A stretch of DNA of 64,000 bases from Iphione sp. A-MEVVRFRX5 (Eukaryota). Positions 47,101 to 60,000 of the stretch are shown piece after piece (positions within the stretch are counted from its first letter, which is position 1; every line of letters starts with the position of its first letter). Made by a program: the position numbers and the translations under genes. The notes beneath the pieces were generated by a model. That model was not told the origin of the DNA. It saw nothing but the letters and a program-made list of their open reading frames with translations, and searched no databases. The stretch lies in the NCBI GenBank assembly GCA_976226885.1, contig OZ320314.1, forward strand, positions 89,218,001 through 89,282,000, written 5' to 3'.

Positions 47101-48972
47101 TACTCATCGATTTCTGCATTTCTAGCATTCCTTCCATCATCTGGACCTGCCTCTCCAGCAACCTTTTGGCGTCCTGATGGAACTGTTCTGTCTGACTGTT
47201 GTAGAATTGAGCTGCTTTGACATGTCCGGTCAAACTCAACGACAACTTGTTCCAATCTTCATACCACATGTCACGTCTCCTCATTTTCATCATGGTGTTA
47301 CGCCTTGACACAGCATTTAATTCACGCTTCAGGCAATCCTCTTTACTCTCATGACACCAATCTGCAGAATAAAAAAGAGTCTGCGTACTAGTAATAGACA
47401 AAATTTAAACAGTAACATATGCGAAATAATGTAAAATGAAATTTTTTACAAAATGCAAGTTTTTACAGTAACCTATTAACACTGAGTTACATTAAGGAAA
47501 TTTATTGTCATTGTGACATACACTACATTCATAAATGGAAGAATTAATGTATTATGTTCTTTCGTTTTCAAATAAGGATTACATACCTTCGTCTACAGAG
47601 TCACATTCGTCCCTGTACTGCTTGGAGGTGCATATGTTATTTGGACATTTAAATAGTTCAGCACCGTCTGTTTCGATTCCTACATCACGTGATTTCCTCT
47701 TGCTTCTAGGGCGTCGGCGATGGGGCCCTAAAGTCTGGATGGGTGGACTATTGCACAGGTCTATGATCTCGACCTCTTCAGATTTGGTATCAGTCTTTCC
47801 CTCTTCGAAAACCAGAAGCACTGTTTCCTCATTTGACGATTCAGAGCTATCTGTAAATTCATCACCACAACTGTCAATCAAATTATAGCTGCCAGACACA
47901 CCGGTGCTCGCATTATATATTGTACATGTTTGCCACTGAACCCAGAAAAATATACTTGCAATTGTTTAAGTCAATCTCCAGTCGATATACAAAATCACTG
48001 TAAATACATCGAAACAATGTATTGTTGTCACACGTTACAAGAGCCACATTCTGTGTAAAGGTTGCAAATAATGAGAAGTTTCAACTCTCCCCACTGAGAT
48101 AGGTCTCTGCAAATGGGAAAGGATCTTAATTTAAATAACTGGTTCGTTGATTTAGGCAACTGAAGCGTACAGAGAAGAAAATACTATGGTGTAAATAACT
48201 TCCAAAACTAAGTTCAATCATTCATCATTCGTGGCCATGCGTGTACAATTGAACAAAAAATGGAAATCAAACATGAAAATATTACTTCATGCACTCCTAG
48301 CGACACACTAAGGAACAGAAAAACAACACAAAAACAAACAAGCGTCAAGTGAACATACGATGAAGTGAAAGAATGTGAACAGACAATAAACTTCCTTTGA
48401 TACTTTGGTGTCTTTACCTCTATGGAACGTACTCATTAACACAACGTAAACATTAATACAATAATAAATGAAAAAGGGAATCCCTACATGAAAAACTTAC
48501 TACGCTGCTTGACATTCTTTAGTCTGCATCTTAATTCAGGCTCATCACGTCTATCATCAAAATCTCTGTTCCTGTGGAATATTTGACAACCTTACTACGT
48601 CGTCTGGTAACAGCCGCCATTACAGGTGCTCGTACTCACCAACGTAGTACCACCGCTTTTTATCTTCATTTGTCACACTTGTCTACATATGGTTGCTTGT
48701 TCATAGAAATATCAATAGTGCTTTGATTATATTACTTCATCAACAGGAGTGTATGTCATGACATACTTGTTAAAACATTATACTCACTCATTGAACTTGG
48801 CAGTAATTTCATCCCACATGCGCTGCCGGCGTTCCTTTCCAGCTGCGCCATGCATTGGAGCTGCTACACTTGTCTCATGATCTGCAACCAATCGGAGCAG
48901 CAACATCGTGTCATCTTCAGACCAATTATCTCCTCTTTTCTTGGAATCCCCTTTTGCATCGGATGAAGCCAT
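40379..48972 (-). CDS. Harbinger Myb/SANT-like DNA-binding protein (long model, 8 exons, ~337 aa)
   Basis: Exons 48972-48788, 48571-48501, 46562-46428, 46216-46112, 41661-41611, 41472-41371, 41110-40887, 40519-40379 are phase-compatible; NWSEDDTMLLLRLV...MWDEITAKFN...LKNVKQR...SGTGGVPPP, then a C-terminal coiled-coil-like region. Confidence 0.75.
41880..42800. repeat. Tandem repeat array with higher-order structure inside a Harbinger intron
   Basis: Recurrent TTGAAAAAGTCGAAACATTAGACAAGCACACACA...CGTAGTTCATCTTTTAC units in variant lengths; a block of about 330 bp is itself duplicated. Confidence 0.9.
43790..44170. mobile_element. Probable Helentron/HINE-like short element
   Basis: Central (CT)n microsatellite and terminal hairpin CAAGCGCCGAAGGCGCTTG. 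Confidence 0.35.
44343..45555 (+). CDS. Small Cys-rich protein (~102 aa, 6 coding exons) nested antisense in a Myb-gene intron of the Harbinger
   Basis: Exons 44343-44400, 44599-44702, 44778-44840, 45228-45254, 45397-45430, 45533-45555 join in frame and give CxxC-x28-CxxC-x8-CxxH-x9-CxxC. Confidence 0.55.
47054..48419 (-). CDS. Alternative 3' exons for the Myb-like gene (48419-48392, 47870-47587, 47361-47054), or a separate nested gene
   Basis: The exons join in frame to exon 2 of the Myb gene, giving ~291 aa with an acidic linker and helical C-terminus; the 48392 donor (GTTTAT) is weak. Confidence 0.55.
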
Positions 48973-49858
48973 GTCTTGTTCCTATACTTAACTAACAACC
49001 TTGATTATCTTCTGTGCACGAGCCACGTTCACGATGTTCTTGAACTCGTCTGTTTCGTAAGCGCGGGAAAACAACCGCAACCGGAAATAGTTGCGACCAA
49101 TGAAATTGCGGAATACAAATTCACCAGGGAAACCTTCTGACGTCACACGGATCAACCTATTTACATACTTATGGGCCTGGCTCAAATTTGAGCGGACCCG
49201 TGATCGTGCGATCACGACTGATCTAGTACATTTGATCTCTGGGATCTATTGCGATTGAGGAACTACCCCCAGAACTGGCACTCCGTCTCAACCAGCCACC
49301 ATTCTGTCTACAGCACTTCGGCAGTAAAGTAAATGTTCCTTTACTCAATCTTGGCACTAGCTACGTAAAATGGCTCATGAAAACACTGCCTGCAGTAGAA
49401 AGGATATCAAAATCATATACCGTAAAGTGAAAGCATGTTCCCGTTCAGTAATTTAATGTTGGTGACACTATATAACATTGGTTATTCGAAAGATTGATAC
49501 CAGCAACAGACATGGTATTATGTACATGTATGAACATTGCTTGTTTTCACCGGTTCCACCTGACTGATCATTAAATACACGACTGTCGGCATTCCTAGAT
49601 CCTTACTTAAGGTATACCGTCTTGCGTCAGGAGGCATCTTCACACGGTCTGTCTAGTGAGCGCAAAGGTAAAAAGGGAAATCGCATCTGCCTCGTTCTAG
49701 TTCTGTGACGTCATTTTATCAGTGGGGGTTTCCACGTCGTTACAGCTCTACTGCATGCTTCAAGTCCCGACAGGCGAGGGTCAAAAACAAAAACGGTCCC
49801 ACCGGTGGCATTTGTCAGACCGTTCGCGTCGGTCAGTAGTCCAAGTTCAGCCGCCAGA

Positions 49859-52800
49859 ATGGCGGTGGACATAGCAAAGATCGGGAAAAATAACATCAAG
49901 TCCATTGCAACCGGGGAGGTGAGTACTGGATTCAAGCGTTCGTCACTAAAGGTTCCAGAAGTGACTGGGGTAGGATGTTGATTACATAACAACAGAACTT
50001 TTTTCGATCACCGGGTACATAACAAACTTTAGTAGTTTTATTTCCCAAGCGTTTGTAGCATCCTGCTAAGTCAAAAAAGTTTCCACTGTATAACAACCGT
50101 GGATATTTTTTCTTAAAACTACAGGCGTACCGGTACCTGCAGCCACACCCAGTATTTTATAAAGTCTACAGCGGTATGCCGGTATGAGAGGGATTTGGCG
50201 ACGTTTCGCCCTCAAACCGTTTCGTCCTCGCCAGTTCGCCCTCAAACCAGTTCGCCCTCAAGACGTTTCGCCCTCATTCACAAAAATTCTATTTCATTAT
50301 TACTTAATTGCTTATTTCATTGAATTGTGATACGAGTTAACAAAAATTAATTGTTATGAGTGTATTTTACTTCATAGACGAGATACTCATTCTTAGCTCC
50401 ACAGGTACACTTGAGCAACTTACCACCTTCCTGCCTACCCGGCCTCCTCTGGCCCTGTAATCATGCAACTTCGCGCTACAAAGCTTTTATGTGCCCGGCC
50501 CCGCCCCGCTGGCTTTAGCGGTGATGAGAGCGAACCTTGGATATTACCTTTCCTTTTTCATAGTATGGGGACTTGGCATCGTTTAAGAACTTTTATTTGT
50601 GGATGAGGGCGAAACGTCTTGAGGACGAACTGGTTTGAGGTCGAAACGGCGAGGGCGAAACGGTTTGAGGGCGAAACGTCGGTACTTGATGAGAGGTCAG
50701 ACGAGTTCCTGATTGATTTTATTCTCGAACGAAGTTTAACAGTGATGGTATAACAGCAGAAGATCATATAAGGTCATTTGACATCAAAGATTACAATTCA
50801 GAAATCATTCTTGTAAAGATAATTTAAGTATCAATATCCCCATTCCATTTGCAATAAATAGCTGTAGGATTTTCATTTGACCATACCTTGATGTATCCCA
50901 GACAACAACATGTGATTATCAGTGGAGGTCATATTTACTTATGTAGCAGATCATATATGACTTCCACTTAATGCAAGGGGTAGTGCTGCGCAGAAAAGGG
51001 GAGGGACCTATCCTTTGAAGTCCAAGCAAGTTTGAGCTGACATGTAAGGGTGTTATATCATCTCCTCTAAGAGATCAGTTGGAGAAATCTCTGACTTGGT
51101 GTTTGAAACCTCCTCCTTTCTTCTCCGACTAAGCTTAGCTGGTGATTGTATAAAAGATGTCATCAGACCTACGTTTTCTTCTTGCAGGATTCGTCAAAAT
51201 AAGGGCAATTAAATCCCTTTACATTTGTTATTTGTTTTTAAAGATTAAAGTGCATTTATGTAAATGGAAAGAATATTGCCTTTGTGGTACTATTTATCCT
51301 AGTTTCGACTGATGCGTTATGCTGAATGATTGGGAAGCTAACGTAAGGTGGAAATGTTAGTATACTTCATATAAAATGACTCTCTTTTCCCTCAGTCTCA
51401 TGACAGATATTTTGTCCATGTGATTTTAATAAAAACCCTCATAACATTGGGAGTGTTTTTAATAACCTGAACCAAATATGTACTGACCATGAGGTTAACA
51501 TAAGTTATCAACTCTGCAAATTTCAAGTTTTTATCTCTCACAGATAGAGCTATCGTGTCCACAGATACGGACAAATGGTTGGATGATCAGAAAGTTGGAG
51601 GGTGGCACAGCATCACTTGTATGGTCTCACCCACTTTTGGGCAGGCGACCATTAACTTAGTTACTTTGTCTCATTACAAAGGCACACATGTCCCATCTTA
51701 CCGTCAAGTATCAATTTATGAAAATAGAGTATCGGAAACGGACATAGTATTTCATATTTTAGGCATCAAAGAATGATCTCATTGTGGGTCTGGTCTCAAT
51801 GTATTGTCATGTTGATGTTTGACATTCATCGTGCAGGCACGCTAACGTACCAAGCGTGTTATAGATAAGAATACGTACGGGATGCTGTACCGAGAGTCCG
51901 TCTCTGGTGGTGTAGTTATTGCAGTTCAATGGCTGTGTGGCTTTCCTTCTAACAGCCTCTTTGTGCATACACACGTGCACGCATGCAATCACGAGCAGTG
52001 AAAGTGGGCCACAAATCTTAGAAAATGTTCCGGTTCCAGCAATGTAGCTGTTGTCGATATACAGTGGAGTCTTGATTTCCGACCAGTGGTCAGGTCCAAC
52101 CTGAAATGGTCGTAATAGCAAGTTTGGTCGGAAATTGAGACTCCACTATAATAAAATCAAGACTTTGGGTCCTACCTCAGGTGATCGTAATAGCAAGAAT
52201 GGTCGGAAATTGATGTGGTCGCAAATTAAGACTCCACTGTACATGTGCATGTTTTTAGTTTGCAGTACAAATAACAGGAAACGACCCCACTATAAAAGGG
52301 ATGACCTTTGAAAATCTTATCACACTGCTATCAGATTCTTCATTGATAAGGAGGCAATTACTTTGATAATGCTACTGTTTGCATTCCGGGGAGGGAAATA
52401 GTAAAGGTTCTTTATCGAAAACAAATAGAGTGTTAAATGAAGGACTCAGTTTAAAAAAAAAGCCCCAAAAGTATCACGTGCTACTTTTTGGTATTTTTGT
52501 GTCATTCATATTTTGCACTAGAACCATCATATTTCACCTGCCGACTCTTCGGTCAATATTATGCCTCATTGTTGCTACAGTACACCAAATCGACACATTA
52601 TAACGTGTACACAATCAGTGCATTTTTTTTGTCATATTGAAAAATAGTCTCTTTACCATTTGATAGGAATGATCTGTAAATTCACTGGCATTCAGCAGAT
52701 AAAGGTATCAACTAGCTTTAAAGGTCGCTATATTATAAAAGGACTTAACCTGTATTTCTAGGTGGTCTATTTCACAATGTTGAAGAAATTTCTGCAGGGA

Positions 52801-53966
52801 AATTTCTGAGGGAACCTTTACCATTTAGGTCAACTTTTCATTGTGGTAGGTAACCCTAGGATCACTCTTCTTAGTATAATTTTTTTTATGTGTGAGCTAC
52901 TGCAGAAACCTTTTGCCTCACAGTTACTCAAGGAGAGGCCGAGGATCCATTTAAGACCATAAGAATGCAGGATCCAGAACACTGCATTTGTAATTTAGTC
53001 TTTATCTATGCATGTGACCTCTATGATGCAGGTTCCATTTGCATCTTTGCAACTAGTATATTCAATCAAATGTGTCATGGTAAAATGTCTGTTGTCTCTG
53101 ATGAAAAATCTCAAAATTTTAGTGTTACCACGGCCTATGGTGGTTATATGGGATATGTCTGTACTTATTTAACTCCCAACAAATCTGTAAGTTGGAATTC
53201 AGACATGTAAAAGTGCAGTGCCCATATGACATTAAGACACTTACGTAAGTTCAGTCATATATAATGTCTGTCCGTCAGATGGTTTCATATTGCTAAATAT
53301 TGGTGTGTGCCCATGTACGTGTTGCACATTGTACGTTGACAACAACCTATCCATCCTTATCTGCGTTTTTCCTGGCTTATTGTCCCCCGCCTCATAGAGG
53401 GGGGGACATTAGGAATGCTACGGGCTGGTGTCCTGACCATCCGTCACACTCTTGTGGGTCTTATAAGTCTCAAACCCTTCACTCAAAAAAACTGATTTTA
53501 ATATATGATATTGATATATATGGCCCCATGGCACTGGGTAATTTTGGTAGTAATCCAAGTATTTTGAAGGTGAAATTAGGCCAATTTTACTCTTTTCCTA
53601 ACACACCTACAAACATACATATCTGGTTCAGGGGTTCCTAGGTCTGACAATGCACATACATACACACTCAGTGCTCAGTCATGCAGAACCGAGGGTTTGT
53701 AGCAGTCTGGTGCTCAGTGAGGCAGAACCGAGGGGGCTGTGCTCGGTCAGGCAGAACTGAGAGTTGTAAACCTGAAGGACTTAAACAAGTCTAGCCAACC
53801 ACCCCCAAAACAAGGTGCCAATCAAGGTGGTTGTAAGGAGACAGAGACACTACACACTACACACACACACACACTCACTCACTCTCTGTAACTCTCATTC
53901 TCTCTTTCCACTCTCATTCTCTCTTCATCTCCCCCTCTCTCTCTCCCCCTCCCCTCTCTCTCTCAT

Positions 53967-54012
<46 letters not shown>

Positions 54013-57000
54013 TCCCCCCTCCCATCTCTCTGGGCAGTTGATGGCGGGGGACAATAGACCTCACAGGTCCACACTCTTGTGTTTAATAAGCACCTTTCAG
54101 CTACCCCACCTCAAATAGTACCCCAGACCCTCCAACCCTCTCTCAGGAACTTGTGGGACTGTTTACTTCTAAACAGTTGAATCAAATTGTCTGATTTTCA
54201 ATAATCATTCTGTTGTTCTAAATATGGACGTTTGTTACTGGTTTACTCTCCGTTTCCCTTTCTCTCTGTCTCTGTCTCTCTGTGCATCTCTTTCTGTGTA
54301 AATGTACATATGTTAACATTGTAGGTGGCATGGGAGTAGGGGCCTGAGAGATATTTCATAGTCTTCTCACCGAAGCATCGCCAATGAGAAATGCTTGGTT
54401 GGCTGGCTGGCGGGCGACAATAGACCTCGCAGGTCCACATCCTCATTTCTGTAGAATTAGTACTAGATCATCATATGTTCCCGTGATGTCCAACACTTGT
54501 GATGTACAAAAAAACTGTCAATGCAGAGACAAACAAATGGACACTGTTCCTAACTCCGATGCTTCAGAAATACAGACTTGACAGAACCATGTCTCCTCCT
54601 CACCAACTGCTCTTGATTGCAGATGGTGAAGCTCGAGTCTCTTTGGTCTGACCGAGCTGTTGTGATCACCTTCCTGCGACGCTTTGGATGACAGTTTTGT
54701 CGGTTGTATTCCCGCAAGTTGTCCACCCTGAAACCACAGCTAGACGCTGCCAATGTTGGTATGGTTGGTGTCGGGCTCGAGGAATTAGGGGTCGAAGACT
54801 ATGTTGCAGGGAAGTATTTCGATGGGGGTAAGTTGCACGCTATATTTTTTCCTGTGATAATTTTCATCACACCGTGGGTGTTCTTGACCGGACAGAATTT
54901 TTGTAGATAGACCAAATTATTCCTTGTTCTTTCGCATTACATCTGACGATCCTTTCTTAAATACCTTCAGGCTATAGCCAGATTCTCACAAACAGTTCCT
55001 TTTACTAACAAATTTTGCTTCTTCGCAACACACTCCCGAGTATTTCTTATTAGGAGAAGCAACTTCAGTCAGAATATGTTGACACTGTATCGTTTGAATC
55101 TTTTAGTCAGTATTTTAGTACATTTCTCTCAGTGTATCATTTTTTCTTCCGCAATCTTTTCTCATATTGTGATTCTCTGCTTCAGATTTGTATATCGATG
55201 TCAATAAGAAAACCTACAAGGACATGGGCTACAAGAGGTAAATATGTATATTCTGATTTCACAGGTGACATCTAACTAGAATACACAACTGTAGTAACAT
55301 ATATTTATATATCTATTATGTACATTTACTGGACATAGTCTGGAGTCTTCATCCAGATTTGAACAAAGTGCATGTTTATAAAAAAATATGAACATTTGCT
55401 AGATCTGTATATTAAGAATTTTATACATGAACTCTGGTTCGCCGCCATTCTGGTAGGAGGGGCAGCATGTGATATCACATGTTCCTACAGGTGGCACGGC
55501 AGTATGCGCATTCCTACAGCTTTGATGCTAGACGATACGTCACCCGGGTGCAGTAAGTTATCGATCCCTTGTCGATCATTATCGATCTTTTGTCTGTTTT
55601 TCGAACTGATATATGAGGATTAGTGTTTATAGACGCGCTTGAGCGTTTTTGTCTCTCAGGTTTGCTTAGAATTGCTTCGCTTTTCTAAAACCTACCCATC
55701 CACGGCTTGGGCGCCCCGGATGGCGAGCTCTCACACACTCGTAGAGTTAGGCCGGAGGTTGTGGTGACTTGTCTCGTGAATTAATCTAGTGTTGTCTAAG
55801 GTTTTAAGGAGGTTTTGAGTGGTTGTCCATCTTCTGAAACTCCTTCAATCAGCATGTCGTCACCGCCTGAGACTGAAACGACACCAGACACAGGTACCGT
55901 TGAACAGACCAGTGATAAGACTGTGTCTAGAAAGAAAGGATCGTCTAAATCCAATCCCGTGAAAGGAAAAGACACCCTCAAACCTGTCACCAGAAGCAAC
56001 AATGAAGAGAAAACTGAGTCTGGAGAAATTAATATGACGTTGCTACACGCAATCGAATCGCTTAATGCCAACGTAGCTGGTTTTCGTGATGAGTTTCAAG
56101 GTAGTCTCTCACAAGTTGCTGACACCATGAATGCTGGGTTTCAAGGCCTTATGAAGAACCAGATTACACTGACCCTACTCCTACTGACGATGATCAATCT
56201 GAAGTGTCAGTTACAGGCATTCTGGACGAAATGATTCCTTCACCTAGGCCAATCCATGCTATTTCGGATTTGGAGGATGCTGAGGATGAGGATCTCTTAA
56301 CTCCAGGGGGAGGCCCTACAAGATGACTTAATCAATAAAGATGTGAAAGGCTCGGTAGCTCACTTCGTTAACAAGGTTCAACGCAGACTGGTGTCACCAG
56401 AAGAGCTTACTCAGAAAAAGAAGCAATACCCAGGCCAGGAAATTGCAAGAAATTACAAGTGGTCAAGGTAAATGAAGCTTTGTGGCCTGCTCTTGCTAAG
56501 CCATTCAGAGGGCGAAAAAGGAATTTTCAGCATGTGCAAACGATTTTGCTTACAGGAGAGACAGCACTCCTTCAGGGCACTCTGCAAGTGTTTCAACACG
56601 CTAAGGAGTCTACAGAGTTGAAGCAAGCATCTAAGTGTTTAATGCTTAATGCCGTACAGGGCTCCTCTCCCAAGAAATGACTTCAGAACGACACCTCAGC
56701 AGACACCTAGGCCCCCATTCCAGCCATCGGACCAGAGGCCAGATTTTTCGGTAAGGCCGGCCAAGAAGTAGATGAAGGACACTCAGGTCCTTGGGCTGGC
56801 AACCTGAAAAATCATTTTAAAATGTGTTAGAAGTTAACATCTGACTCTGACATTCTGAATACTATTTTAGGCCTTAAGTTAGACTTCTGTCGCCAGCCCA
56901 AGCCTAGACCCTTTCTCAGACCGTTGAAATTCTTCCCTGACGAAGTCATTGAATTAAATGAAGCAGTTAGGGAGTTACCGGCCACTGAAGTCATCAGGGT

Positions 57001-60000
57001 TGACTATCCTCCATCGCCTTTCCAGTCTAGAATATTCTCTAGGAAGAAGCCTGATGGGTTTACCAGGCTGATTCTGGATGTGTCAGAGCTGAACAAGGCA
57101 CTACCGTACATACACTTTAAAATGGACACTTTCCAATCTGTCGTACAACACCTCTATTATAACTGTTGGTTAACATCCATCGATCTTTAAAATGCTTATC
57201 ACATGGTTCCCGTACATCAAGCCCATCTGAAATTCTTAGCCTTCTCCTGGGGTAACCGATTTTTCAAATATCATGACCTTCGGACTGTCACCAGCTCCTA
57301 GAATCTTCACTAAACTGGTAAAACCCATTTTAGCACTGCTCCATGATCAGGGTCACGATGTGATTGCCTACCTTGATGACTTCTTAATCTTAGGACAATC
57401 TCCAGATGTTTGTCAACGCTCTTTTCAAGCGGTTGCTAGACTGTTATCTACTCTTGGCTTCCAAATCAATTGCGCAACAGCTAGTCTTCCTGGGATACCA
57501 CCTGGACATAGTAACTATGCAGATAAAGCCTACTCCCCAAAAGATTGCAAATGTCCTCAGTAAAATTGATCACCTATGGGCATATCCAACACAAACAATC
57601 AGATTTGTTACATCGCTTACGGGGACTCTGGTGGATTTGACCAAGGGGTCCCAGTACGGCCTTAGCCACTATAAGGCGTTGGAGAAGGCCAAGATGACGG
57701 CACTGGTACATAACAGAGGAGATTTTGACAAACAAATGGTGTTGCCAACCCAGAGTTACATTGACCTCCAGTGGTGGAGGGACAACATCGAACACACTCA
57801 TCGGCCGATTAGAGTTCACGCTCCACCCACCGTAATGTTCACTGATGCCTCTAATGAAGGCTGGGGTGCAGTCATCAATGCGGATGCTACAGGGGGTAGA
57901 TGGTTGCCTATGGAAGCAGCGAGTCACATTAATACCCTTGAGTTAAAGACAATCCTCCTAGGACTGAAAGATTTTTTTCACGGGAGTCCACCATTTCCAC
58001 GTCTTCATCAGATCAGACAACACAACAGCTATTGCATATGTCAACAGACAGGGCGGAGTCAGATCGCCAACATGTGACTTATTAGCTTGAGACATCTGGG
58101 AATTTGTAGGATGCCATCGTGGGTGGATACGAGCAGCTCACATCCCAGGAGTGGAGAACGTCACAGCTGACTACTTCTCTCGCGTATTCAATGAGGATAC
58201 AGAATGGCAACTACACCCAAAATTATTTCAACAAATAACTAACAGTTCAGGTATCCCTGATGTGGATCTGTTCGCATCACGAGCTACTGCCCAGCTTTTG
58301 ACATATGTGAGCTGGAGACCAGACCCTGCAGCATCCTACATCGATGTATTCACCCTAGACTGGTCGAAATTCAAGTTTGCTTATGCTCTTCCCCCGTTTT
58401 CTCCTATTAATAGAGTATTGCAGAAGATACTCCACGAGCAGCCTCGAGTGATCCTGGTGATGCCAGCGTGGAAGACACGACCAGCATTCGGTCACATCCG
58501 ACAGCTTCAACACGTTCAGACCATGTTCTTTCCCAAGAGGCCACACAACCTGATCAACGTGTACAACAACAGAGATGTCAGGGGCATAAACAACGTCCCT
58601 TTGGTTGCAGACATTTGGTGGCAGACATACTGTACACTGAAGGGGATTAATCCTTTGAAGCCTAAGATCAAAGAGCCATTGATGTTTTTGCATACTTTAT
58701 TCAAGGGGGGTCTGGGATGTAGTGCTTTAAATACGGTGCGCAGCGCCCTATCAGCTATTCTTAAGCCTTACAAAAAAATTCCTTTTGGGCAACATCCCCT
58801 CACATCTCGGATTTTGGGGGGGATGTTCAATCTACGACTGTCACAAGCCCGACTAGACCACACCTGGGATGTAAATACAGTGTTGGAGTTCCTTCGCCAT
58901 TGGGAACTGTTGGAGTCCCTTTCTCTTAATCAGATTACCTTGGAGTTCACTGTTCTCTTGCTATTGGCTTCGTGTGGAAGGTTGCAAACCGTTCAAAACA
59001 TAGATTTAAGAAATGTTCATTACCTAGGACAGAATAGGGTTCAGATTAATTTCATTTGCCCAGTTGTCAGACACCTTAGAGAGTATATCAGACGGACTCA
59101 GAACATTAGAGCAGATGAGCAGGGCCTCCTCATCAGCTATGTTCCTCCATATAGTACAGTGGTCACCCCAACTATAGCACGTTGGGTCAAAGAAGTCCTC
59201 CATAGGGCTGGGATTGACGTCTCCCTATACACTGCTTATAGCACCCGGGCGGCGGCAGCGTCTAAGCTACATACAGCTGGTGTACCACTAGCTGACATCC
59301 TTAGAAAAGGTATGTGGTCTGACGAGAGCACATTCAGACACTTCTACTTGAAACACATCATCTAACTCAAGTTGGGTAATCTGTTAAAAAAAATCAGTTC
59401 AAAACACCCATTTGTGCAGTCTCAGGGGGTTTTACCTCTTCGTTAGCACCCCTGATAACCTAAACATATCACATGCCACCGCTCCTACCGGAATGGCAGT
59501 GAATCAGAGTTATGGAGTTACCTAAAGGTTCCCTGGAAGGTGACTGCAACTCTGGTTAGCTTAGGCATGAAGGGGAGCAGCGCTGCATGTGCCCTTCCCC
59601 TTTAGGCTGGTGTTACTGATACCCACCACTGTAAATGATTTCATTTGCTCACATGCAGCAATGACTTTTTTCCAGACTGTTTGCAGACCACCTTAAACTA
59701 TTCATCAGTCTGTGTTGATCTTTGTGAAGAATCAGGGATCCTAACAAAGAGGATCTGAAGGACTGCCGCACCACCTGTAGGAACATGCTATATCACATGC
59801 AGCGCCCCTCCCCTTCATGCCTAAGCTAACCAGAGTTGCAGTCACCTTCCAGGGAACTGCAGGTAATTCCACAATTATGATTCGGATAAGAAAGAAAATC
59901 AATAAAATAGCTGGACATTAACACGAAGATAGTATGTGTCAGAAGAGCCACAAATGTCATCATCTTTATGCTGGTAAGAAGGCCTGTCAGCCAGTAGCGT

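Larger units (their letters stand above)
37728..49269. mobile_element. PIF/Harbinger DNA transposon, 11.5 kb, both ends intact
   Basis: TIR GGGGTAGTTCCTCAATC / GATTGAGGAACTACCCC, CAG TSD (37725-37727, 49270-49272), GATC-rich subterminal regions, transposase and Myb-like genes in convergent orientation. Confidence 0.93.
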
